From a virus, in IMG/VR virus record IMGVR_UViG_3300021061_000016: 40,195 nucleotides of DNA; one strand, given 5' to 3'. Each line of letters opens with the position of its first letter. Positions within the stretch are counted from its first letter, which is position 1. The notes beneath the pieces are model-generated. The model had not been told where the DNA came from. It saw only the letters and a list, made by a program, of their open reading frames with translations, and ran no database searches. A program made the translations under genes and the position numbers. Below are positions 24,117 through 32,108 of the stretch, piece after piece.

Positions 24117-24754
24117 ATTATTACGTTGAGCGGTGCTTAAGGCACTTGAAGAAGCTGCCGGAAGTTCATGAAATCCTTGTGATTCCTGACTCCGAATGCC
24201 CTGGGCTGCCGGCGACTAAGCGAAACTACGCCATGGCTAAGGCCACAGGTGACGTGTTCGCTTTCATCGATTCCGATGCCTACCCACACCCTAAATGGCT
24301 CAAGAACTCGCTCTACTGGCTCCAAACGTTCGACGCCGTATGCGGGCCTGGGGTTTTACCACCTGACGCTCCGTACGAAGAAAGGGTCGCAGATCAGGTT
24401 CATAAATGGCTTTTCTGCCCGTATAGGGTCACGCCTAAGGCCCCCAGGATCGTTCCATGGCACCCAACCTTCAATTTGGTTGTGAAGAAGGCTGTGGCGA
24501 CCGATTTCGAGGGTTATTTGACCGGCGAGGACGACAAGTTCGGGTTAAACATCAAGGGCGGGGTGTTTTACCACCCAGAGATCCTTGTCTATCACAACCG
24601 ACGCGGAGCCTTTAAGCCTTTATGGAAGCAGTTTGGGACGTATGCAAGGCATAAGGGGTGCTTTGCCGGCCTGGCTTTCGTGGCATGGGTTACGACGATA
24701 TGGACGTATGCGATCAATTACGTCAAAGGATTCATGAAAAGGAGCCCCAAATGA
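24077..24754 (+). CDS. Glycosyltransferase family 2 (GT-A) with a C-terminal TM segment
   Basis: 225 aa. VSVIIPTKKIDYYVERCL ... GDVFAFIDSDAYPHPKWL. C-terminal hydrophobic stretch FAGLAFVAWVTTIWTYAI. Confidence 0.7.
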   Translation: MAKVSVIIPTKKIDYYVERCLRHLKKLPEVHEILVIPDSECPGLPATKRNYAMAKATGDVFAFIDSDAYPHPKWLKNSLYWLQTFDAVCGPGVLPPDAPYEERVADQVHKWLFCPYRVTPKAPRIVPWHPTFNLVVKKAVATDFEGYLTGEDDKFGLNIKGGVFYHPEILVYHNRRGAFKPLWKQFGTYARHKGCFAGLAFVAWVTTIWTYAINYVKGFMKRSPK

Positions 24755-25782
24755 AAGTTCTAATCACCGGCTCCCTGGGTCTTGTAGGTTCGGCCGCCGT
24801 CCGATATTACCTCAACGAAGCTTGCGAGGTAATCGGCGTCGACAATGACATGCGAAAGCACTTCTTTGGCCCGGAGGCATCGGTCCTAAAGAACATGATC
24901 GACCACGGAAACTACCGCCACCACGGGATAGATATATCTAAGATCGAGCCAATTATCGAAGCAGAGAAGCCGGACGCCATCATTCATTGCGCTGCGCAGC
25001 CAAGCCACGACTACTCGGCCCAAAACCCTCTTTTAGACTTTGGTATCAACGCCTATTCGACCCTCATGCTTCTTGAAATGACCCGAAAGCATATCCCAGA
25101 AGCGGTCTTTGTTTATCTTTCGACGAATAAAGTTTATGGGGATACGCCAAACTATTTCAGGACCATGAAAGAAGAAGAAACTCGTTATGAAGCTTACAAC
25201 ACAGTTACCGTTGGTATGGATTTAGTTACAGAGTTTTCGGACTTAAGCAATGGCATTTCAGAGGGGATGCCAGTCGACATGACCACCCACTCCCCCTTCG
25301 GGGTATCCAAGCTCGCCGGTGATCTCTACGTCCAGGAATACGCCCGGTACTTCGGATTAAAAACAGGCGTCTTTCGTTGTGGCTGCATCACAGGGGCCGC
25401 CCATGCCGGCGCCGAGCTTCACGGCTTTTTGTCCTACATGGTCCGCTGCAAGAAAGAAAACAGGAGGTACAAGGTCTATGGGTATAAGGGCAAACAGGTA
25501 CGCGACAATATCCACGCTTCTGACTTGGTTCGTGCTATCGATGCTTTTGTCCAGGATCCCAGCCCTGGTGAAGTCTATAACATTGGTGGTGGACGCCATT
25601 CAAACATATCCGTCCTCGAAGCCCTGAACTGGCTCAAAATTAAGGATTGGGAATACGTCGACCAGGCAAGGAAGGGGGATCATATTTGGTATATCTCTGA
25701 CGTGTCCAAGTTCAAGGCGCATTATCCCGGGTGGGATTATAAATACAATATGTGGGCGATTATGGAGGATTTGATGAGATGA
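24751..25782 (+). CDS. NAD-dependent sugar epimerase/dehydratase (extended SDR, CDP-paratose-2-epimerase-like)
   Basis: 343 aa; ATGA overlap upstream. VLITGSLGLVGSA, VIGVDNDMRK, STNKVYG, FGVSKLAGD (YxxxK-type catalytic region), GKQVRDNIHASDL. Confidence 0.7.
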   Translation: MKVLITGSLGLVGSAAVRYYLNEACEVIGVDNDMRKHFFGPEASVLKNMIDHGNYRHHGIDISKIEPIIEAEKPDAIIHCAAQPSHDYSAQNPLLDFGINAYSTLMLLEMTRKHIPEAVFVYLSTNKVYGDTPNYFRTMKEEETRYEAYNTVTVGMDLVTEFSDLSNGISEGMPVDMTTHSPFGVSKLAGDLYVQEYARYFGLKTGVFRCGCITGAAHAGAELHGFLSYMVRCKKENRRYKVYGYKGKQVRDNIHASDLVRAIDAFVQDPSPGEVYNIGGGRHSNISVLEALNWLKIKDWEYVDQARKGDHIWYISDVSKFKAHYPGWDYKYNMWAIMEDLMR

Positions 25783-25913
25783 CAATCGTTTTCATCGATA
25801 ATGGTAAGAAAGTATCTTACGAGTTGCTTTACGAATTTGATAGCTACTTAGGTTTTCTTTTAGACGAAGCCAAAAAGGAATTGAGGGGATGCGATGAGAA
25901 GAAAAAGATATAA
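25779..25913 (+). CDS. Possible 44-aa ORF in the AT-rich insert
   Basis: ATGA overlap with the SDR stop. Sequence MTIVFIDNGKKVSYELLYEFDSYLGFLLDEAKKELRGCDEKKKI. Below the track cutoff. Confidence 0.35.
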   Translation: MTIVFIDNGKKVSYELLYEFDSYLGFLLDEAKKELRGCDEKKKI

Positions 25914-26142
25914 ACTTTTCAATGAGGATAGAGTTGTAATCGAAGAATTTCCTAAAATGAAAAAATGTGGCAATTCAAAGGTGACTGAAAAAGTTCAAAA
26001 CCAAAGGTGCATTCAAACAAACAAATGCAAATTTTGTGGGGATAAAATTATTTGGCAAAAAACATCTGGTGGACGATGGCTCCCGTTCAATATTGATTCA
26101 CATATTCCTCATCCATATTTGTGTAAAGAAATAAACAAATGA
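25894..26142 (+). CDS. Small Cys-rich protein translationally coupled to the radical SAM gene
   Basis: 82 aa with five Cys (C25, C39, C45, C48, C77), including CKFCGDKIIWQKTSGGRWLPFNIDSHIPHPYLC. Visibly AT-rich DNA. ATGA overlap with the 26139 start. Confidence 0.5.
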   Translation: MRRKRYKLFNEDRVVIEEFPKMKKCGNSKVTEKVQNQRCIQTNKCKFCGDKIIWQKTSGGRWLPFNIDSHIPHPYLCKEINK

Positions 26143-27179
26143 GATACCTTTTCCCGCTTAATCCGTACAACCAACAGCGCCAATTCCAAAAGCCGGTATG
26201 GGTATACCCCGCCCACCTTGCGATGTATGCCACGCATTTGAGGAATGAGGGGCATGAGGTTAGATGGGGGCATGCGACTACTCCAATAATGAAAGAGGAT
26301 ATTTCAATAAGGGCAGATGATATTTTAATAATGAACGACTTTCAAATCGACGTGCCGTTCGATCAGCTGCCTTTCCCGGACCGTGAATTTACCGACGCCA
26401 AGCATCCCAGGTGGCAATCCTATGGAAACTATAAGCTTCACCCGGCAACGCATTACATGTCCTCCAATCTTTGTTGGTGGGGGAAGTGTACGTTTTGCAT
26501 CGACACCGCGAAGCTCGAGGCCGGCGAAAAAAGAGGCGTCCGGCCGGTCGACCATGTCCTTGAGGAAATAGACGATTGTATCCGGCTTGGCTTTAGGGAA
26601 ATGTTCGACGATGCCGGGACGATCCCCATAGGAGATTGGCTTGAGGAGTTATGCAAAAAAATGATAGAAAGCGGCCGGAACAAAAAGATCATGCTCGGCT
26701 GCAACTTAAAGCCTATATCCAAAAAGGTCGTGCCTTTTAAGCTCATGAAAGAGGCCGGGTTTCGCTTTATTCTTGTCGGCATCGAATCGGCCAATCAAAA
26801 AACGATCGACCTGATCAAGAAAGGCCAGGACTCGGCCAAGGTCATTGAGAACATGAAAGCCATGAACGACGCGGGGCTTGAGGTCCATTTGACCTCAATG
26901 TTCGGCTATCCGTGGGAAACTCACGAAGACGCCATGCGGACGGTAAGCGAGATCCATTACCTTCTTCGGAAAGGCTATGTGAAGACCGCCCAAGCCTCGG
27001 TGTATATGCCGCCCAGGACCGCGCCGGACCCATGCTCCCCGTCGCAGCAGTATATCCAAAAGGTCTATGACATCTACAAAGACCCCCGGTATTGGGTAAG
27101 GAAGGCCTTAGATATCAAGCGAATTGAGGACATCACATATTTACTCAAAAGGATTGGACACGTTAAACATGCCGAGTGA
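26139..27179 (+). CDS. Radical SAM enzyme, class-B (B12-binding-like N-terminus)
   Basis: 346 aa. LPFPDREF, cluster motif CWWGKCTFC (26472-26498), VGIESANQKTIDLIKKG, MFGYPWET. Confidence 0.65.
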   Translation: MRYLFPLNPYNQQRQFQKPVWVYPAHLAMYATHLRNEGHEVRWGHATTPIMKEDISIRADDILIMNDFQIDVPFDQLPFPDREFTDAKHPRWQSYGNYKLHPATHYMSSNLCWWGKCTFCIDTAKLEAGEKRGVRPVDHVLEEIDDCIRLGFREMFDDAGTIPIGDWLEELCKKMIESGRNKKIMLGCNLKPISKKVVPFKLMKEAGFRFILVGIESANQKTIDLIKKGQDSAKVIENMKAMNDAGLEVHLTSMFGYPWETHEDAMRTVSEIHYLLRKGYVKTAQASVYMPPRTAPDPCSPSQQYIQKVYDIYKDPRYWVRKALDIKRIEDITYLLKRIGHVKHAE

Positions 27180-28539
27180 AATAGGATGGATCATAGTCGT
27201 CAATCTTGCCCTTTATTTCAAGACCCTACGCTTTAAATTCGTATCGGATGATTTCACGGTCTGGAAGAACCCACCCGTCCCAAAAAGCCCCATTCATAAG
27301 CTGTGGCTGCAGTTGTCAGGCCAGATGAAGATCTACGCCAAGTCGATCAGGTTTGTCCGGCATAACGGTAAGCTTTTTATTGCGATAGTCCGGGCCGAGG
27401 AAATGGAGCATTTACTAGCTCTTCTTCTCCATATCGGGATCTGTATCTCGATTTATTTTGCATTCGGGGCCTCATGGGTGTCCTTTGTGGCAGCCCTTCT
27501 ATACTCGACCAATCCGGTCAATAACCAGGGAACGATATGGCCCTCCGGCCGCGGGTACGTCTTTCCAATCCTTGGGATCCTATTGGCAATGGCTATGCCT
27601 TTGGCCTCGCCGCTATTTCTATACGCCGGGACGTGGTACACCGCCGGCTTTTTGGCCCCCCTGGCCCTTATAGGCTCGTCCAAAGCCTATCTTTTATGGC
27701 TTATGCCGATCATCTGGTGGCTGCACTCAAAGAAATTCACCAAGGCCGTCAAGAATAAGCAGAACACCGAGTGCTTCACCGAGGATAGGCTAGTCCACCC
27801 CAAAAAGCTCATTTTGGGGGTCAAATCCTTCGGGTTTTACCTATTTCTGTGCCTTATCCCGTTCAGGATCACGTTCTATCATAACTTCCTTCAATCGTCG
27901 GCGGGGTCTATGAGGCATAAGAATTACACGCTTTGCCGGTACTTTTGGCTCGGCCTTGGCGCGATTGGGGCATGGATGTACTTTGCCCTCACCCAACCGT
28001 GGAACCCGCTTCTTTGGGCTTCTTTGGCCTTCTTTATCACGATCGTCCCTTTTTGCAACATCGTCAGGGCCAATCAAGAGATCGCCGAGCGCTTTGCAGC
28101 CCTCCCAAACGTCTTTTTGATGTATGCCTTGGCCCAAATTATTGCATGGAACCCAATTCTAATAGCGGCTATTGTGTCGTTTTACGCATGCCGTACATTC
28201 TATACGCTCAACCTCTACAAAGACGAATATTGGATCACAGAACTCGCGGTAGCAGAAGATCCCCATGCTTGGTGGGCTTGGCATTGCCGGGCGATGAAGC
28301 GGTGGGACACCCAAAGCTACAAGGAAGCTTTAATCCTATGGGTCATGGCCAAGATCATTTCTCCGAAGGAATTTAAGATCCTAATGAATATCGCCACCTG
28401 TCTTCGGCTTTTACAGAACCACAAGGAAGCCGATGAATACTTGAAGCTCGCCCAAGAGAACATCGTTCCGGGGCAGGAAGAAACGGCCGCACAGTTTATC
28501 GCAGAGCATCGCAAAGGGAAGCTCCTCATCTTGCTGTAA
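27169..28539 (+). CDS. GT-C fold membrane glycosyltransferase (TMTC/PMT-like, DUF1736-like) with C-terminal TPR-like repeats
   Basis: 456 aa from the internal ATG of track ORF 27124..28539. N-terminal LRFKFVSDDFTVWKN acidic loop motif, at least nine hydrophobic segments, and a C-terminus SYKEALILWVMAKIISPKEFKILMNIATCLRLLQNHKEADEYLKLAQE. Confidence 0.6.
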   Translation: MPSEIGWIIVVNLALYFKTLRFKFVSDDFTVWKNPPVPKSPIHKLWLQLSGQMKIYAKSIRFVRHNGKLFIAIVRAEEMEHLLALLLHIGICISIYFAFGASWVSFVAALLYSTNPVNNQGTIWPSGRGYVFPILGILLAMAMPLASPLFLYAGTWYTAGFLAPLALIGSSKAYLLWLMPIIWWLHSKKFTKAVKNKQNTECFTEDRLVHPKKLILGVKSFGFYLFLCLIPFRITFYHNFLQSSAGSMRHKNYTLCRYFWLGLGAIGAWMYFALTQPWNPLLWASLAFFITIVPFCNIVRANQEIAERFAALPNVFLMYALAQIIAWNPILIAAIVSFYACRTFYTLNLYKDEYWITELAVAEDPHAWWAWHCRAMKRWDTQSYKEALILWVMAKIISPKEFKILMNIATCLRLLQNHKEADEYLKLAQENIVPGQEETAAQFIAEHRKGKLLILL

Positions 28540-28610
28540 GGCGTACTAAAAGAAAGAGTTGGGATTTTAATATTGATCTGTGGTCAACCAAAGCCAGTTA
28601 GGGGGAAGTC

Positions 28611-28883
28611 GTGAACCTCGAGAACGAAGCTCGGAGATTAGCCTTTCATCCAATAATCCTAAGCGAGACGATGGCTGCAAATAAGAGATGTAATTGGCTT
28701 AAATTGGAATTAATTGACCTCCTCAAGCGTGTAGAAGCCCAGGCCATAGAGAGGGCGGCGAAGGTTGCGGAGCGAGTTCACACCACGAACGAGTATGGGC
28801 AGAACAAGGGCGAAGGCTCGATGAAGATCGAGATCGCCCAGGCCATCCGAAACTTAAACAAGGAGGGGGAGTGCCAAGTATAG
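28611..28883 (+). CDS. Hypothetical protein
   Basis: 90 aa; GTG start after SD agggggaag. Confidence 0.5.
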   Translation: MNLENEARRLAFHPIILSETMAANKRCNWLKLELIDLLKRVEAQAIERAAKVAERVHTTNEYGQNKGEGSMKIEIAQAIRNLNKEGECQV

Positions 28884-29077
28884 ACGTTGAAGTTGAAATT
28901 TATTGCGGCGGATGCGGCGCTGGACTCTGCAATCAATCCGAGCCTGGCAGAACTCGTGGCCGTGGTCAGAATTTTATTACCGTAAATCCTTGCGATAAGT
29001 GCATTGAACAAGCCAAGAAAGAAGCGCATAGCGAAGGTTACGACGCTGGCTACGCAGATAAGGAAAAGGAGCTTTGA
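28871..29077 (+). CDS. Zn-ribbon small protein
   Basis: 68 aa; GTG after aggagg (28861-28866). CGGCGAGLC ... CDKC. Confidence 0.5.
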   Translation: MPSIDVEVEIYCGGCGAGLCNQSEPGRTRGRGQNFITVNPCDKCIEQAKKEAHSEGYDAGYADKEKEL

Positions 29078-29081
29078 TTCG

Positions 29082-29243
29082 ATGAGCGAGAAGTGTAGGT
29101 GTGGTCATTCAAAAGATTGGCACGTTATCAAGCCCCAATTTGGGCCAGGTTGTTATTTCCAGAAGGATGGGAGAGTTCTGGTCTGCGATTGTCTGGAGTA
29201 TCGAAGAAAGTATAAAGATAAGACTTCAACCACCAAAACCTAA
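29082..29243 (+). CDS. Small Cys/His-rich protein (53 aa)
   Basis: Internal ATG of track ORF 29004..29243, after aaggaaaaggag. Sequence MSEKCRCGHSKDWH ... GCYF ... CDCLEY. Confidence 0.5.
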   Translation: MSEKCRCGHSKDWHVIKPQFGPGCYFQKDGRVLVCDCLEYRRKYKDKTSTTKT

Positions 29244-29257
29244 AGTGAGGGGGAGAG

Positions 29258-29425
29258 ATGAAGCTTGGTGAAATGATCGACGCATACGGATGGAAACATA
29301 AAAAGAGTTTGCGAACCATTGCTAAAGAAATCGGAATTAGTCCAGCCACTATGTCTAGGATTCAAACCGGGAATGATTGCGATATAAAGACTCTTATGCT
29401 GCTAATCAACTGGATAATGAAATGA
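29258..29425 (+). CDS. XRE/Cro-like helix-turn-helix protein (55 aa)
   Basis: SD gtgagggggag upstream. SLRTIAKEIGISPATMSRIQTGN is a classic HTH_3 helix-turn-helix. Below the track cutoff. Confidence 0.65.
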   Translation: MKLGEMIDAYGWKHKKSLRTIAKEIGISPATMSRIQTGNDCDIKTLMLLINWIMK

Positions 29426-29958
29426 CCCCTCAACAACAACGGACGACGAATGAAATTACATTCGAGGTGCTAAAAAACCGTCTTGGGTATATCTCAACGG
29501 AAGCATATGACGGTTTATTTTCCGCCATCAAATCCGCACTCGACGGCGAGCGCTCAAAGATCGCCGCCTTGGAGGAGAGGGTCCGTGAGTTGGAATCTCT
29601 TGTTCTCGCCAAAGAACCCATTCTAACGGTCGATGGGAGCGCTATCGATATTCTCGAACTCAAGAAAGAGAACGAGTCTCTTAAGAGAGATTTGCAGAGC
29701 GTCACCAATGCCACGCAGGGAATCGTGACGGAGAACGCCATTCTCAAAGCCAAGGTGGAAGAGGTGGAGGCCGAACTAAAAGAAACTTTGGAAACGGCTG
29801 GTAACCGGCTCAAGAAAATCTCCCAAACCTCCGCACAGCTTGAGAAAGCGAAGGTGTTTATTCGATATATTTCCGTCGCATCTTCGGATACTGGACAAAA
29901 AGCGATACAACGATACGCCAAAGAAGCCTTGGCTCAACTAGACGGGGTGGAGGATTAG
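29422..29958 (+). CDS. Coiled-coil protein
   Basis: 178 aa from the internal ATG (ATGA overlap with the HTH gene) of track ORF 29377..29958. Heptad-rich: ALEERVRELESLV ... KAKVEEVEAELKETLE. Confidence 0.5.
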   Translation: MTPQQQRTTNEITFEVLKNRLGYISTEAYDGLFSAIKSALDGERSKIAALEERVRELESLVLAKEPILTVDGSAIDILELKKENESLKRDLQSVTNATQGIVTENAILKAKVEEVEAELKETLETAGNRLKKISQTSAQLEKAKVFIRYISVASSDTGQKAIQRYAKEALAQLDGVED

Positions 29959-29968
29959 AAGCGTTAAT

Positions 29969-29997
29969 TTGCTTTAACTTTTGTCAAGTGTTATCAT
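29969..29997 (+). promoter_or_regulatory. Possible promoter ahead of the packaging/structural operon
   Basis: TTGCTT (29969-29974), a 17-nt spacer, then TATCAT (29992-29997). Confidence 0.35.
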
Positions 29998-30015
29998 TAA
30001 ACCAAAGGAACATAA

Positions 30016-30195
30016 ATGCCTGATCCTAAAAGATTATCTGCATTCAACATTTTTAGCGTTTCCCAAGACGTGAGTTTTAACCGTATTGGCAAGAAGGTCT
30101 TTGTCAAAGGCATCGACGGCACTAATCAGGAGTCGGATTCGGTCGAGGCCAATCTATTGTTTGAGATCCTTAAAGTCCTAAAGGCGAAGAAATAA
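30016..30195 (+). CDS. Small hypothetical protein (59 aa)
   Basis: SD aaaggaa upstream. TAATG coupling to the small terminase gene. Below the track cutoff. Confidence 0.5.
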   Translation: MPDPKRLSAFNIFSVSQDVSFNRIGKKVFVKGIDGTNQESDSVEANLLFEILKVLKAKK

Positions 30196-30509
30196 TGGCC
30201 GGGGTTGCTGGCAAGAGCGGACGCAAATCGAACGTCGAAGAGGAATTTCGCTTTAAGACCGTCTCCAAGGCCTGGAAGCTCATCGACCAGCATCTAGAGA
30301 ATCCAGCCCTTGATCTCAAATTCCGTTTGGAGCTTGCAGCCAAGCTTTGCGTGAAATCCATTCCTCAGGAGATAAACGGTGACCTGAGGCACCAAGTAAC
30401 AGAAATGCCCGCGATCCAGAAGGAATATCCTGGTGAGGCAATGAACGCTCCGGTAAACCGCATTGCGGAGTATATCATTGGCTCACCTCACTCTCCCCAA
30501 GATACTTGA
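30195..30509 (+). CDS. terS: Terminase small subunit (tentative)
   Basis: 104 aa. N-terminal basic GKSGRKSN motif. It lies immediately upstream of, and overlaps, the large terminase gene. Confidence 0.5.
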   Translation: MAGVAGKSGRKSNVEEEFRFKTVSKAWKLIDQHLENPALDLKFRLELAAKLCVKSIPQEINGDLRHQVTEMPAIQKEYPGEAMNAPVNRIAEYIIGSPHSPQDT

Positions 30510-31839
30510 CGTCCCCGACAAGTTACTTCCCTTAGTCGACCCGGACGCATTCAACAAGTATCAGTATTTCATAATCAAGGGCGGCCGTGGCGGCGGGAAG
30601 TCTCAATCCGTCGGACGGTTCATTCTTTACCTTTGCGACAAATATAAGCTTCGCGTGGTCTGTGGCCGTGAAACGCAGAACTCGATCGCCGAATCGGTTT
30701 ACTCCCTCCATGCGGACCTGATCCGTGAATACAATCTAAACTTCGATATCCAAGCCTCAAAGATCACATCCCGCAACACAGATAGCGTTATCAATTACCG
30801 CGGTTTTAGGGACCAGGGGGCGTTCAACACCCAAGGCCTTGAGGGTGTGGATCTCGTTCATATCGACGAGGCCCAAGCTATTACCAAGCTCACCCTTGAC
30901 GTTCTGATACCCACCATCCGTAAGCCAAATTCAAAGATCATCTTTACGATGAACCCGCATGTCTTCAACGATCCGGTCGTGGTGATGCTATCCAAGCGCG
31001 AGGATTGCTTGGTGATCAATATCAATTACGACGAGAACCCGCATTGCCCGGCAAAGCTTGTCAACGAAGCAATCGAGTGCAAAAAGCTTTCCGAGAAAGA
31101 CTACCGGCATATCTGGCTTGGGGAACCCATGGATCAATCCGAGGATTCAGTCTTCTCGATGGAGGACATCCTAAACGGCCAAAGAAGCGCCCATGTTCTC
31201 TCGCCTGGTTATGGTCTTAGGATCGGCGGCTTTGATATCGCAAGGTTTGGCGATGATAAATGCTCGGACTTCATCCTTCAGCAGATGGGCGCCCTTCATT
31301 GGGAGGAGTACCACGTCGATGAATGGGGTGAGCGTGACCTGAATTACTCGACCGGCCGGATACTCCAGATCACCAATGAGCAAAAAGTCGAGGAAGCCGT
31401 TGTTGATGAGGATGGTTTGGGGTCAGGGCCCCTTGATACGCTTCGCGCCGGCCGCGGGCTTGATCATTTCCACGGCTTTAGAAACCTCCCTTACGGCTTT
31501 CAGGATGATAAGTATTTCGGCAATGTAAGGACAAAGAACGCCTATAAGGTCAAGGACATGCTCACCAAGGGTCATTTGTGCATCCGTGACCCAAAGACGA
31601 TCGAAGAACTTTTGACCGCGTTCAAATACACCTTTGACCATTACCAGAGAAAGATACTCATCTCGAAGGACCAAATGAAGACCAAATACAAGGTCAAGTC
31701 CCCTAACCGGGCCGATGCTCTTATCATGGCCGTGTCACGGATAGGCGAGATCAAATATAAGCAGGACAGGCAATACGAGCCGAATATCCAGACGTACTCA
31801 AAAGAAGAAAACCTATTTCAAATAGCGGGGGTGAGGTGA
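30463..31839 (+). CDS. terL: Terminase large subunit (Terminase_3/PBSX-like)
   Basis: 458 aa. Walker A FIIKGGRGGGKSQS and Walker B-like DLVHIDEA. The TTG start is uncertain. Confidence 0.85.
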   Translation: MRSISLAHLTLPKILDVPDKLLPLVDPDAFNKYQYFIIKGGRGGGKSQSVGRFILYLCDKYKLRVVCGRETQNSIAESVYSLHADLIREYNLNFDIQASKITSRNTDSVINYRGFRDQGAFNTQGLEGVDLVHIDEAQAITKLTLDVLIPTIRKPNSKIIFTMNPHVFNDPVVVMLSKREDCLVININYDENPHCPAKLVNEAIECKKLSEKDYRHIWLGEPMDQSEDSVFSMEDILNGQRSAHVLSPGYGLRIGGFDIARFGDDKCSDFILQQMGALHWEEYHVDEWGERDLNYSTGRILQITNEQKVEEAVVDEDGLGSGPLDTLRAGRGLDHFHGFRNLPYGFQDDKYFGNVRTKNAYKVKDMLTKGHLCIRDPKTIEELLTAFKYTFDHYQRKILISKDQMKTKYKVKSPNRADALIMAVSRIGEIKYKQDRQYEPNIQTYSKEENLFQIAGVR

Positions 31840-32108
31840 TGGCATTAACAACAGCAGCATCGATAGCACTTGGGTTATTTGTCGGCGGTGCGGGTATTAT
31901 GGCGGCAAACAAAGGTCTAATGGGTTCATCCAAACAAACGGCGCAACCAACGCCTTTACCACAACCCCCAAACCCGGTCGACGCAGCAGCCAAGGCGGGT
32001 GAGGCGATTAGAAAGAAGAAGGCCGCGGTCACTCAAACTGTTTATACCTCACCCCTCGGAGTCAAGGGCGAGGCCGATGTCGCCCGGAAGGTATTGCTCG
32101 GTCAATGA
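31839..32108 (+). CDS. Small protein with an N-terminal TM segment and a TSPLG ... LLGQ C-terminus
   Basis: 89 aa from ATG 31839 (the track offers GTG 31836), after SD ggggtgagg. AASIALGLFVGGAGIMAA. Confidence 0.5.
   Translation: MALTTAASIALGLFVGGAGIMAANKGLMGSSKQTAQPTPLPQPPNPVDAAAKAGEAIRKKKAAVTQTVYTSPLGVKGEADVARKVLLGQ

Noticed and set aside
27933-28376. 147-aa alternative-frame plus-strand ORF inside the GT-C gene
   Set aside because: It overlaps a long, coherent membrane-protein frame and has an Arg/Pro-rich composition. It is a shadow ORF.
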